A stretch of 64,000 nucleotides of DNA from Antedon mediterranea (lineage: Eukaryota > Animalia > Echinodermata), in assembly GCF_964355755.1 (NCBI RefSeq), contig NC_092677.1:2936101-3000100 (forward strand), written 5' to 3'. This document shows, piece by piece, positions 1 to 13,250 of this stretch; positions within the stretch are counted from its first letter, which is position 1; each line of letters starts with the position of its first letter. The position numbers and the translations under genes are program-made. Under the pieces are notes generated by a model. The model was not told where the DNA came from. It ran no database searches and worked only from the letters and a program-made list of their open reading frames with translations.

Positions 1-285
1 AGAAATGTTGATAGCATATTACTCATGTTGTACATTCCCTAACGTAAGCTTACAATCAATATTATGAATAAACTAAAAGATGATGAATAATAAGTACGGT
101 ATTAAGGATTCTCTTACCATCTGTCTGGTTATTACACACGTGTATGTTGCACGTACGGCACATGCATACCGCACGTACGCCATGTGTATGTTCTCTTACC
201 ATCTGTCTGGTTATTACACACGTGTATGCCGCACGTAAGCCAAGTGTATGTTGCACGCACGATACATGAATCATCTCATTCATTA

Positions 286-592
286 AGCTCTGTCGACACT
301 ATCAAACTTTATGTGACCAAAAAATATGATGTGGTCATATATAGACATGATGATGTCATATCACTACCATATTTGGGCATATCACTGCCATATTTGGGCA
401 TATCACTGCCATATTTGGACATATCACTACCATATTTGGGCATATCCCTACCATATTTGGGCATATCACTACCATATTTGGGCATATCACTACCATATTT
501 GGGCATACCACTACCATATTTGGGCACATCACTAAGATATTTGGGCACATCACACATTTTTTTTTTCAATTAGTTCGATAGTGTAGACAGTT
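286..592. mobile_element. MITE family A (PIF/Harbinger Tourist-like) with an expanded internal 21-bp repeat
   Basis: TIR agctctgtc(t)acactatcaaact ... agtt(t)gatagtgtagacag. Internal (ccatatttgggcatatcacta) x~9 at ~357-550, which generates the overlapping repetitive ORFs. Confidence 0.8.
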
Positions 593-1596
593 ATCTTAAT
601 ACAAGCATGTTTAGTTCATACATGTATAGATTCAGAGTAAGATTAGGATTTGAATTTTTTTTATATTGTAAATTTACAATATCAATTTCAAAAGATTACT
701 TATATTTGCTTCATTTGCATAGAGAACTACAAATAAGGTCTCATGAACTAGTACTTTTATTAGGACAACATATTGGATGTCAAGAAAACAATACTGTTGA
801 CATTTTACATTCTTGACATTTTGACGTACTGTATTCAGAATTGAACTATTTTTGGTGCATAGTTTTGTATTTCTTTTTCAAACAATAAGATAATTTATTT
901 ATTGTGAAAGGTCAAAAATTATATTTAAATTTTATATTTAGTTGTTTTCAATTGTTGATTTCATAAGTAAAGTATCATATTCTTGTAAAATTGTAATGTT
1001 TTGCGGGTCCATAATCATCTGCTTCGACTGGATGGAAAATATTGTTGAAAAAAAATGTGCTAAATCGTTAATTACAGTATTTACAAATGAAGGTTGGTTA
1101 ATGTAGGAAAAAGTAAAACCCCAAATTTGAAATAACATCAAACTTAAAAGTACACAATGGTCTTCCTAAAATACTGTATCAGATTTGTGTGTTTGCTTGA
1201 GGATCTTAAATATTATGTTCATTTTCCTACAAAGTACTGTTACAACTTAGGGTGAAGTCATAAATTACTGACATTTGAGATGGTAATTTGTGATCTATAA
1301 ATAATTGTTAATTTAACTTTGCTTACGCTAAGAGCAGTATAAATTTCATTTTAATTGTTTAAACCACGCTGCATTTGCTTGTAACACTATTTAACAAATA
1401 ATTAATCATTTCTCAACAAACTATACTGTAGCTAATAAATGGTATTCTATTTGCACAATAGATAGGCTCTGCTAGTTTTCCAGTGTTAAGATATGATGTA
1501 TGATCGATTGTAATCCCATGCTTGAGTATAATCCCACCTTAATTCAGGGTAAAATCGAACACAAGACTTTGATATATTCATTGTCATTTTAATTCA

Positions 1597-1839
1597 AGTA
1601 CAATGCTCCAAATTTAGTCCGAGTACAGTGCTCCAAATTTAGTCCGAGTACAGTGCTCCAAATTTAGTCCGAGTACAGTGCTCCAAATTTAGTCCAAGTA
1701 CAGTGCTCCAAATTTAGTCCGAGTACAGTGCTCCAAATTTAGTCCGAGTACAGTGCTCCAAATTTAGTCCGAGTACAGTGCTCCAAATTTAGTCTGAGTA
1801 CAGTGCTCCAAATTTAGTCTGAGTACAGTGCTCCAAATT
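1597..1839. repeat. 25-bp minisatellite (gagtacagtgctccaaatttagtcc) x~9.7
   Basis: Direct reading; near-identical units. Confidence 0.95.
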
Positions 1840-2006
1840 ATACTTACCAATTACTCTACCAACGCACCTGGTCCCTGGTGGCCACAGGTTTGGCTCGGTT
1901 CTATGATTTTCTTACAGTAATACTATTTATTTAAATACTTTGTAGCATATATAGTTTTTCTTATTTTTATCATTTGTCTTTATGATATCATGTTTTGTTT
2001 TTGTAG

Positions 2007-5000
2007 ATAAATGGAGACATTCCACCACGAGTAAGAAAAGAGGCGCATGATGTTATTTTAGATTTTATTCGTTCAAGACCTCCTCTTAGACCGGTAAGTG
2101 ATTTAACACCATTGTGGTGAGTTTACGTGATAGACGAAGCAAGACAGTGTGACATCTCTTGAGTTGTGAATACTGCACATGTGTACTGCCATCTAAGAAA
2201 TATCAAAATCTTAAGTTCAGTTTACACTATTAAACTAGTTTGACAAAAAAAGTGTGATGTGCCCAAATTAATTGTTCATTTCTTTATCTCTGTGCAGCAA
2301 CAACAAAACATATCACATTATGAAACCTAAATTATAAATAATAAAATTCGTGTTTTTTTAGGCAAAGGAGCGAATTCTGAATTCAACGCCACCAAAACTA
2401 TCCAGTCTGCACGATCAGTTATTAAAGGGAATCCGATCTAATCCGCAACTTAAACCAGTCACATGTAGGATATTAGGTAACGTATCTTATTCATTTTCAA
2501 AAGGCATAGAAGAAAAATTAAATGTTCATTTTGTGCCTAGCTTACCCAGATAAACTGACAATAGCCCTCTCTTTCTGAAGAGATGATAAATTATGAAAAG
2601 AAGGAATTCACACCCTATCTATAAGATAATGGTTTGTGCAATATAATATTAATATTGTTGATTTATATGTTACAGGTCCTAAACTTAGTCCACCAGGTAG
2701 CAAGTCATCAGCAAGGTCGGACAGGATGTCAGATAGTGAATCTGAGGTCGAACCATTAAACAAGAACAAAACTAAAGTATCCACGCCATCGGAGTTAAAG
2801 AAAATCTTATCAGCAGATATCGAATTAAATTGGTCAGATGAGGTTTGTACATCAGAGATAGTTTTGATTCATATAGTTAACCTTTGACCTGAATAACAAT
2901 TGTATCAGGATGCTATACAGTTAAGGTCCATCTAAGCCCCTGTCCACACATGTGTGTAATTCAACCTACTTATTCTGCAAGACAAACATTATTCCCCCCA
3001 CATTTTCACTGACGTATTTGGCCGCATCAAACTTTTTTTGTCAAAATAGTTTGATAATGTAGAGCACAGAGTACAGAGCTTTAGATAAGAAACAATTTTT
3101 ATTTTTGTCTTGTTTTATTTTTACAGGAAACGGAGGTAGAGATGACGGACAATGAATTCAAATCCAAAGTAATGACAAACGGAGTCTCACGGGTGAAACT
3201 GGTACCGCCCCCAACGCCACCAACTCCCGAACCACAGAAGGGATTCTTTCAAAGAACAGAGGAACGGCTGTCACTTAAACTACCGAAAAAACTTGGTTTC
3301 TTTGATCTTTCATGTAAGAAACATATGTGTATTTTCAGATTTTGTCATTTTTAAACAAAAAATGCAAAATAAAATAATGTGTAAAAGGAATCACTCAATT
3401 ATTTTTCTGAAGTTTTAGCATCAGGAAAAAAACTTTTACTTTTGTAATCTTCCAAAAATGACAATTATACAATTATCTTGTAGTGTTCTAAACATCTTTT
3501 ATTGGAGATATAGGATGTAGTACCAATAGAAACAACCTTCTACAACTACTGTTTTTTTTACTAATATTGTTTTTAATTTTTAAAGTTTTGACTGGAGACA
3601 AAGAAGAGAAACCAGTCGTAGAACCGAAAGTCAACAAAAGTACATTCGAAGCCACAGAAGAGTTCAGCGACTACGACTCGGACCGAGAAGAGCGCCTCCA
3701 ACGACGACACAGCATCAACTTGTGCCGGACGTCACGGTACTCCACCTCGCTCGTCCCTCCAATGGTAAATACCTCAACCCCGAATAGCGAGTGGGTTCTT
3801 ATAAACAAGCCGAATCCGCCCCCTAGAAGAGCACGCAAAAAGCGGCGCTCAAATGTCAAATTCAGTGATTCCGATTCGTTGAAAGTAAGTAAGATTTTCT
3901 ATTGGTCGCAAGCATGTCACATGTCACTAACCTGGCTAGCACCTAACTAGCACCGCTTGCGGAGATTAGCACGCTCTGTCTCTTTCTCATTCGAGGTAAG
4001 CCACTTAACTACTGGGAACTTGTTAAAGCAACCAAAAATAAGTATTATAAAACTTATCATAACTGTACAACAAAAACAGTGGATTAGTAACACCAAATTG
4101 TTGGACGTCCATTTTGAATTATTTAAATATTTGTTTATTTATTTATTATTATTTATTTCCAAGTCTTGTATCAAATAGCAAGACCAGTTAATTCTGGCAT
4201 GAAAAAAAAAAATTGTTTAAACATAAAATTTAAAATGCCAAGAGATAAACATACTCTATATAAATGATACCCTTTTTTTGTTTTCCGTCCTTTAAATTAA
4301 ATTAAAATTAATTAAAAAACATCAGCAAAAAGTGATAGATAAAAATTGAGATAGATTTGGTTGCTTTGAGAGATTGGTTCCTCTGTTTCAATCATTTAAC
4401 GGTATCATCATCTTCAAGTTCTGAACTATTTATCACAGCACCTTGTATCATGGTTCCACTATTTAATCTTTACTATTATTATTCAATTCTTTATAATATT
4501 GCGTTACAACACCATTTTAATTGGTATTTTCACTTTGTTTAACTTTACATTTCTTAAATCTGGGATTTTATATAGTTGACCATTTTAGTACAATTGTATC
4601 ATCTTATTTATATATGTCACTATGATAACACAACACTGTCGGTTCAGTCAAACTTTTTTCTATTAACTCACTACTATATCAAAGAACAATTATACTGTAA
4701 TAGGTATTTTTCATTACAAAACTGTAATCCAATAATAAACTTACTGTGTATTTCTATATACTAACTATAGAAAAAACTATACAGATATTATACACACACA
4801 TGATTTATCTATCTCATTATACATATAAAATCCCACAGTTTACCTATACAGTAAGCAAAATGAGATAGGAGGGAGGGAGAAAAAAAGATGAATTGCAAAA
4901 TGAGATAGGAGGGAGGGAGAAAAAAAGATGAATTGCGAAATGAGATAGGAGGGAGGGAGAAAAAAAGATGAATTGCGAAATGAGATAGGAGGGAGGTAGA

Positions 5001-8000
5001 TGAAAAATAAAATTGAAAAGAGAGGGAGAGAGATGAAAAAATGGGAAGAAAGGGAGGAGATGAAAAAAAATGAGAATAGAGGGAGAGAGATGAACAAAAT
5101 AAAAAGCGAGGGGAGAGGTGAATGAACTCCAAACACTAGTCATGTGACATCAGCATTAGTTGAATCAAGACATTGAACTCAAATATAATCCCTGTCATTT
5201 ACAAGCAATCAAAATAAGAATTACATCAGAGTTCAACTAACATTCAAAAATGCTTGATTGGATACACTTGCTGTCATCTATCTTATTTTGATTATCTTAT
5301 GCCAATCTTTTGATCTATCTTGAGTAATTTTCTTCATCTAAATGTATTTTATCAATTATTTAATATCATGTCATTTATTTTAGACATTAAGATGCATTAT
5401 ATTAATAGACATCTTCTATATTCTTACATTACAGATTCTTTCATTGGTTACTCTCATGAATTATTCATGTTTTATTAATCAATATTCATTAAATAGACAT
5501 CTCTTATGTTCTTACATTACAGATTATTCATTGGTTACTCTCATGAATTATTCATGTTTTATTCATCAATATTCATTAAATAGACATCTTCTATATTCTT
5601 ACATAACAGATTCTTTCATTGGTTAAGCACATGACTGCACTCATGAATTATTCATGTTTTATTAATCAATATTCATTAAATAGACATCTTCTATATTCTT
5701 ACATTACAGATTCTTTCATTGGTTACTCTCATAACTGCACTCATGAATTATTCATGTTATAATAATCAATATTCATTAAATTAATTATGCATAGTCTATA
5801 CCAGCACTATATATTATTCACAACATTTCCAGTAGTTGTTTTATGATAGACATTATGTTTTTTTTAATAATTTTTATTAATCAATTTTCTTGAAAATTAT
5901 TTTATAATCTTGATTCCTCAATCTATATACATGCAATAGTCTTACCTGCCAATTCCATTGCCATAATATTTTTAATATTTACTGGATCATAAATGTATAA
6001 AATTAAACTACTCAATAATTTCACAGTATACTGTGTCAATGCTCTTGGACTGCTGTCCGTTTCGGTAGACTAAACCTTATACTTATAACATTGTAGTATA
6101 TAACATTATATGGTGCCTATTTATGGAGACTAACATAACAGATAGTAGATAGTATATTATATATTATATATTATATATTCTTGTTTTATATTATATACCA
6201 TATTATATCCAGCCTTTTTCTCTTATTTATATGCTTCTGGCATTAAAACCATGTTTTATTGTATCTGTTTATAAACTTAAAATATGTTTAATTATCTCAT
6301 TAAAAGATATTTTTTTATGTTTAAACGTCAATCCAATCTTAATTGAAATCTCTTTAGAATCTTGAAGAAATAGAATTTAAAGGTATCCATTTCAGAATTT
6401 ATAAGGAAAAAATTAATTGTTATAATAATGAAAGTTAACTCTATTGAACTTCAGTTGAAAGAACCTGCAGAATATAATGTATATCAGGTTACAATGACTA
6501 TACTGTAGTAGGATCATTTGTAGATTACGTCATCACTCAGTTAAATACCTAATTTATTCTTTCTGTAACTTCCAGCTTTTTAGAATGCCTTTGACAGTAA
6601 GTAAACACTTACATTAATGTCCTGGGTTTGCGGGATTTTGATAGCTTTTTATTTTGGATTAGACTTTATTTTTGGATTTAATTTATATCACGTTTCTAGG
6701 TTAGACTTCTATTCCCATACCCCTGTTATTTTATTTCTTTTACTATTCCCATACAGTACCTCCATTATATTATTTCCTTTTCAATTCCCATACCTCCATT
6801 ATTTTCATTAATACCATTATTTATATTTTAGTTTCAAAGTTTTAATAGCATGGATTGATATTTTAATTATTAATTTCAATTCAACATTATTATATCATTC
6901 ATATTTAGTTTGGTAGGTTTGTGATAATTGAATGAGTTATTTATGGTCTTCAATTTTACGGGGAACCGATATATTAGGCCCGCCCTCTATGGCCCACGGT
7001 AGCCACAGTGCTGCACCTACCATGAGGAGCACACCAGGACAAAATGCTTCTTTATCATGTATTTATGTCCAACGGCTTAATGTTCCATTCAAAGGACAAT
7101 TTCTTAGCTTTAGTTATGTTCTAAAGGGTTACTTTTGATTTGGTTTTTTCTTATCTTAATTTCCAGTTTGTTTGGTTTCTGGTTTGATTGTATAGTATAG
7201 TACAGTTGTTTTTTTTAAGGGGATACCTAAAACATTTCCCTGACATGTCGTCTTTTTTTTCTTATGTTAATAATAATTTCAATTTCCCATTATGCTGCAT
7301 TGATATCAACTTTCACAAGTTTAATTTATCTTCCAAAATAAATTTATTTTATTGTTCACACATTTTGTTTTTCTAAATACTTTACCCTCAAAATATTTTT
7401 TCTGCAGGAGGAGGATGAAAAGAGATTGGAGATGTTATCACTAACGATTGACGAAGTTACGCACATACGCAGCGTGCTAGTACGCGCCGAGGTTGAGAAT
7501 CTGCGAGGAAATCAACAACTGTATGATGACATCCGTAACGAGAAGGTAGTGTAACTTAAGTCTGGCAATCTTATATACAAATGATCAGTCCGATATGGTT
7601 TTTGTCCTGTTTCCGGTTCCCGTGTTGTCCTGTTTTTTTTTCTTCAGTTTTATTGGCTGCCTTATACAAGCTTCCTTTTTTTGAAATTTTGCCCCTCTTA
7701 TTTTAATCATATTTACTGTTAATTTTTATTTATTAGGAAATTATAACAGAAATAAATGTTACTTTGATTGATTGATGATGGTGAGACAGTGTTTAATGCA
7801 GAGTGTTGTTACAATTCTAGTCAGACTTGAACCCAGTGTCTTGAGAAAGCAGGCATGATAAACAATCTACAATTCCATTGTTTTTTGCATACTCTAATGG
7901 TAAAAAGGATATTGCCCTGGTCTAAAGATTGAGAAAAAAAAACACACTTACAACTTATCTGTAATAAAAAAGAAAAACAATTATTGTTATAAAATTGTTA

Positions 8001-9108
8001 ATAATGTTTTTTCCGTTTTTAGGTCTGTTTTTCATGCAAGAAGAAGTTTGCTTTATTTAAAAGAAAATTTAGGTGTAATTTATGTAAAAGGTAAGCACAA
8101 TGAAGTAACAAAAACAATCCTACTTTCATGTTTAATATAAGAATGCACAATATACATTACAAGCAAGAACACTTTGTCTATTTAGGCTAACTTGTGGAAG
8201 ATGTATGACTAAAATGTTGCTACCCAGAGAGAGTTTTCTACAGATAGCAGTTGATAAGCTGAGTCCAGGCAACATGAAGATGGGGCTAAAGAGGGCCAGG
8301 TCGTTCACCTTGCCAAAAAGGTAATTGTCCAACTCAGATACCATTGTCACATCTCCACTTGGGTTATTGAGAGTTAAGGTTTTTTTTGTAACCATATTTA
8401 ATGAGGGTGATCCATCCAGCTATTGCTGATCATTAGGGGCTCTCAGAGGTTCACAAGACAAACATATACACAAGATGCTCTACATAAACAAAGTCTTATT
8501 ACAAGTCTTTGGGAGTGGAGTAATTTGGTCCTTAAAAAAAAATCCTGACATGTGATGGGACTTGAACCCAGGACCCTTTGAGTGGTAGCCAAGCATCATA
8601 ACCACCAAGCCACAACTCCACTCCTTTGATGAGTGTTGACACGCATTGAGTCACATTCTTATGTTGTGAGTGTGTATGTACACACTTTGTGTGCAATTTA
8701 GATTATTGAATTATAAGACATAAGTAGTAAAACCATAACCATAAAAGTTTAAATCATATTTATCAAAAATTAATTTTATTCTAAATTTGTTTCTATATTG
8801 ATGTGTGCTTTGTTGCAAATGACATTATCATGTCAAGCGTTCATTTAGCATTAACAAATATAACTGTACTTTTCAGCCAATCGCAACCCTCGTCTCCAAT
8901 TTTTCAAAAGAAGTTCTCCAAGAAGGATCGTCGTGATCAAAGGTATCAAGAATCGGAGGAGGACGTTTGTTGCGAATGTTGTGATTTGTTACAAGAAGCG
9001 GTCAAGACAGGAATCCAACCAAACCCGATATCCGACAAAGCTCGCGGTTTTTCTGTTTCTCTTCCTGTCCGTGTTCGTCTCGAAGGACGAAAGGACTCTT
9101 TAATATGA
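2007..9108 (+). CDS. SPIRE: Protein spire homolog (actin nucleator), 5'-truncated by the window. Coding exons: 2007-2093, 2362-2476, 2676-2842, 3127-3313 (alternative donor at 3295 possible), 3586-3884, [3951-3995 candidate], 7408-7545, 8023-8090, 8186-8320, 8877-9108 (stop)
   Basis: Exon translations give [29 protein letters not shown] and [19 protein letters not shown] (Spire WH2 domains C and D), [21 protein letters not shown] (Spir-box), and CFSC..CNLC..CGRC....CCEC (modified FYVE with a long insertion before the last Cys pair). All introns are GT-AG and the phases chain consistently (0,1,0,1,0,0,2,2). KIND and WH2-A/B exons lie upstream of the window. Confidence 0.95.
3951..3995 (+). CDS. 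SPIRE: Candidate 45-nt phase 0-0 cassette exon of spire ([15 protein letters not shown])
   Basis: Acceptor ...cctaactag| with a branch-like cactaac upstream and a strong donor gag|gtaagc. Frame-preserving between exons 3586-3884 and 7408-7545; the upstream intron is only 66 nt. Confidence 0.6.
4855..5120. repeat. Purine-rich 40-bp repeat x~3.5 decaying into a GA-rich tract
   Basis: Unit gcaaaatgagataggagggagggagaaaaaaagatgaatt; source of three spurious minus-strand ORFs. Confidence 0.85.
5402..5782. repeat. ~88-100-bp AT-rich tandem repeat x4
   Basis: Recurrent aatagacatcttctatattcttacattacagattctttcattggtta...catgaattattcatg. Confidence 0.85.
8513..8623 (-). mobile_element. tRNA-derived SINE head / tRNA-like pseudogene in the last spire intron
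   Basis: Minus strand reads gagtggagttgTGGCTTGGTGGttatgatgcttggctaccactcaaagggtcctgGGTTCAAGTCCcatc, with Pol III A and B boxes at tRNA spacing but no proper acceptor stem. A fainter relic occurs at ~7824-7880. Confidence 0.65.
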
Positions 9109-10069
9109 TTTATGCAAATTTTATGTTAATTATGTAAGCAGGATTTTGTTAAAATTATGTTTATGACTGTAAAAGAAAAATTTTTTTTTGTAAATAATTC
9201 AAATTAAGACGCTAAATGTAAAAAAACAGATTTTAAATTTTTTGCAAACATTGATTGATCTGAAAACTGTTTTTCATTTAAATATTGAACGAAAAAATAA
9301 TTAAAGTATTGTTTTTTTTTATTGTATTTATTTATTGTCTAACTTTATAAAGCATTTGTTAGATGGCCTTGTTAGAAAGAAATTTTTAGCAAACTGAATA
9401 ATAGAATTTATTTCTGGGTGAAAATAAAATAAAAATAGGCCTATAGGAATTCATTTCTATGGTATGCACAATATTTGAGATGTATTTTTAGAATTTTAAG
9501 TAATTAAAATGCACAAAACGGTGCTTGGTTTGGCTTAATGATATAAAAGCATTTATTTATTAATACATCAAAACAAATTTGATAAAATAAACATCTAGAA
9601 GGTAAGCAACAAAACTAACAAATAAACAACATCTCACAAAAGCATTTCTCCTACCAAAAAATAAATATTTAAGGTAGCGTAATTCCATAAGCATTTACAA
9701 TTGTCTGAAGCTGAAAAAATGTTATTATACAGTAAGACTCCTCCTTTGGGCCACACCCTTATTTAGACACCCTGAAGGTATAAATGGAAACTTTCCTGTG
9801 AAACGAACAAGGAGGAATATATGTTTTAACACTGCAGCTAACCACTAGTAGATGTAGTAGAGGTCCTACTGTATTTGGCTATGCTTTGTCAGATAGGCTA
9901 CAATATGAAAGTAATAATTTTATAAGCAGTATAACAATGAATTGAATAAAATTGGTACAATCTAGATTTGATAACATATCACCAGTTTTTTTAGCAGGTA
10001 ACGTGAGCTAATTATAGATAGTAGAAAGTGAGAATTAACAGTAAACCATTTACCTAGCCATTGTTTGTA

Positions 10070-10214
10070 AGCTCTGTCTACACTATCAAACTTTATGTGA
10101 CAAAAAAAATGTGACATGATGATGTCATATTACTACCATATTTAGGCATATCACTACCCTATTTAGGCACATCACACTTTTTTGTCAAAATAATTTGATA
10201 GTGTGGACAGAACT
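10070..10214. mobile_element. MITE family A copy
   Basis: agctctgtctacactatcaaact...tttgatagtgtggacagaact with ~2 internal 21-bp units. Confidence 0.8.
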
Positions 10215-10822
10215 TTAGATAAATTCAATCATAAGTTTATTTCTTGCATAATAACATTATGTAGCTTCCATTAGACCCCATTTACACTCTTGTTTGTGTC
10301 TGCAAGATTACAAAGACCTTGTTTAATTGCTCAATACAATATTATTTGTATGTTATTTTTTTTTTCTTATGAGTTTTTTGTTATCTTATTTTTATTTGTA
10401 AAAGATATAATTTTCAGATTTACATTTATATGAAATTTTTTTTTTTTGTAATGCAGTGTCCTTTGATTTGGTGTAAAACAAAATGACTATATTTAATTTT
10501 TTTTTTTTTTTTAATATTTGTTTTTCATGTTTTAAAACAAAATTGTGTTCAATATTTAGGCATTCATTAAAGTGTACAATTTAGTAAAATATATTATTTT
10601 GATGATCATCGATCTAGTTATTAAATAATAATTGTATAATTAATTTGTAAAAGTATAAAAGAGTGATGTATTATATTGTATTATTACTTATATTATAATT
10701 TGCACAAGATGCCGTTATTGTATAATTTATATTTTATATTTTCTGTACAGATAAAGTGTTTGGTTCAAAATGCTTTGTGTAAATAATTGCAAAGTTTTGT
10801 AAAAGAAAATATGAGATACATT

Positions 10823-11329
10823 AGGGAGGTTTCGCAATCTGACGAATACGATAACGACAACGGATACGTCACACATTTGTGAAACTTTTGAGCTGATCCC
10901 CATTTCATAGTCGTAAGCGTATTCGTGTTGACGAATATCACCAGTCATATTCGTAACTACAAAACGAGTATAGTTTTTGATCTATTTTGCACATTTTGTA
11001 TTTGAATCAGGAATGATTCATGATTATAATATAATTATAGATTTATTGAAAGTAATTTACTAAAGTAATTTACTAAAATGCCAGGTCAATTTTGATAAAT
11101 AGCAGTTTTTTTTCCTCACTCGCTTTGATGTTACACTAGGCCTAGGCAGCCAAGCACCAAGCAACACGTATCTGCGCTTCGCTCAAATTTACCGCAGTCA
11201 TATTTTGGACGGCGCCCTCAATATTTCGTTGCCATGCGAAACAGATTTTTACTGGCTTACGAAAAACGAATACGTGTGCGTGACGTATCCGTTTTCGTTA
11301 TCGTATTCGTAAGATTGCGAAACCTCTCT
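10823..11329. mobile_element. ~507-bp non-autonomous TIR element with ATT target-site duplication (PHIS group, Pangu-like)
   Basis: att|agggaggtttcgcaatctgacgaatacgataacgacaacggatacgtcac ... gtgacgtatccgttttcgttatcgtattcgtaagattgcgaaacctctct|att. TIR is ~50 bp with few mismatches; no coding capacity. Confidence 0.8.
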
Positions 11330-12513
11330 ATTAACTGTAATTATCACAAAAACCTAATATCACTTTCATATGGCGTATCAAAACTCCACACGTGTGCAGC
11401 GGCGGGAGGGGGTGGGTGGGTCAATAGGGTAGGAGCACACAATAGAAAATGCTAGTGCTGTCTCCCCAGTGTGTGTAAAAAGAGTTTTGCTAGGCGATAT
11501 GAAACAGGTATAAGGTATATACTAAACTAGGAATATTAAGTTTGTGTGTTTTCTGTGCTGTTTTTAATTTTACTGAATTTTTGCAGCACAAAAAACAACA
11601 CAAAATAAGTGTGTGAGTGAACACAAGGTCTACCTGCCAATAGTCTGACGTCATTCTAAAGGCCTTTTTTGCCGCCTTTTTAGGTTTTTAATCTAGATTG
11701 TAATCTTGCCAATAACGGCCTTTCGTTTTTTACGATGCGCCACAGAATCGACATGGCTATTCATTCTGCGCATGCTGCAGAATGACTTTCTGACTCGACA
11801 GTTGCATAGTCGATTGGTGCGTTATGAAACGCAAGGTTAGTGGATGTTGGTCCTCAAGTCAAGGTTTTTTTTTTCAAAGATTCACCACTAAACAATATAG
11901 TCCTACAGTATGACATAGAGAACTATACATTTTATATAAATAAAAAGATTAGATTATATTAGCTACCAACCTCAAACTTACTGTAAACACCCATATTAAA
12001 TAATAATAATAATTAGCATAATTGAGATATTCAAATTAAACTAAAGTTAACCTGTAGATTATGCTAATTATAAGGCCTTCTATGCAGCATCTATGTACAC
12101 AAACACAGTACACGCTCACTTACTCTCTGTTCGATAAAAGTTTATTCTTCAATAAAATGAGCCATATTGCTATGTCACGTTGCAGCTGTACATTTAAATG
12201 AACACCCAGCAACCCTATAACATAGAAATGTCTATTATTGTATTTGTCAAAGCGAATTGTATACATTTTACTTACAAATTTCAGTAACGTTTAGTATGGT
12301 GAAAACCATCTGAGAATTCTAAAGAAATAAAAAAAAGTGTTTCACAAGCAACCAGTATTATGGTTTCTTTGTGTTTGTTTATTTATGTTTTTTTTACTGA
12401 GACAATTTAAATGTAATCAATTGGAGCTCCACCCGGCAAATTTATAATTTTTTTTCTATTCTATGTTTTCAATGGGTATGATTTTCTTGTAAATCACACC
12501 TTTTCGCGATTTG

Positions 12514-13250
12514 GGGATACCTTGTAGTTTGTGGGATACCTTGTAGTTTGTGGGATACCTTGTAGTTTGTGGGATACCTTGTAGTTTGTGGGATACCTTG
12601 TAGTTTGTGGGATACCTTGTAGTTTGTGGGATACCTTGTAGTTTGTGGGATACCTTGTAGTTTGTGGGATACCTTGTAGTTTGTGGGATACCTTGTAGTT
12701 TGTGGGATACCTTGTAGTTTGTGGGATACCTTGTAGTTTGTGGGATACCTTGTAGTTTGTGGGATACCTTGTAGTTTGTGGGATACCTTGTAGTTTGTGG
12801 GATACCTTGTAGTTTGTGGGATACCTTGTAGTTTGTGGGATACCTTGTAGTTTGTGGGATACCTTGTAGTTTGTGGGATACCTTGTAGTTTGTGGGATAC
12901 CTTGTAGTTTGTGGGATACCTTGTAGTTTGTGGGATACCTTGTAGTTTGTGGGATACCTTGTAGTTTGTGGGATACCTTGTAGTTTGTGGGATACCTTGT
13001 AGTTTGTGGGATACCTTGTAGTTTGTGGGATACCTTGTAGTTTGTGGGATACCTTGTAGTTTGTGGGATACCTTGTAGTTTGTGGGATACCTTGTAGTTT
13101 GTGGGATACCTTGTAGTTTGTGGGATACCTTGTAGTTTGTGGGATACCTTGTAGTTTGTGGGATACCTTGTAGTTTGTGGGATACCTTGTAGTTTGTGGG
13201 ATACCTTGTAGTTTGGGGGATACCTTGTAGTTTGTGGGATACCTTGTAGT
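12514..13250. repeat. 19-bp minisatellite (gggataccttgtagtttgt) x~39, almost perfectly homogeneous
   Basis: Direct reading; only one internal variant seen, near 13215. Confidence 0.97.

Noticed and set aside
184-573. Overlapping repetitive ORFs (ISLPYLG, MPKYGSD and others)
   Set aside because: By-products of the 21-bp repeat inside a family-A MITE.
4809-5143. Three hydrophobic minus-strand ORFs
   Set aside because: Translations of a low-complexity purine-rich repeat in a spire intron.
12514-13250. ZNF143/STAF site array (ACTACA...TCCCA on the minus strand)
   Set aside because: The spacing between half-sites is 5 nt rather than the 2 nt of the known motif.
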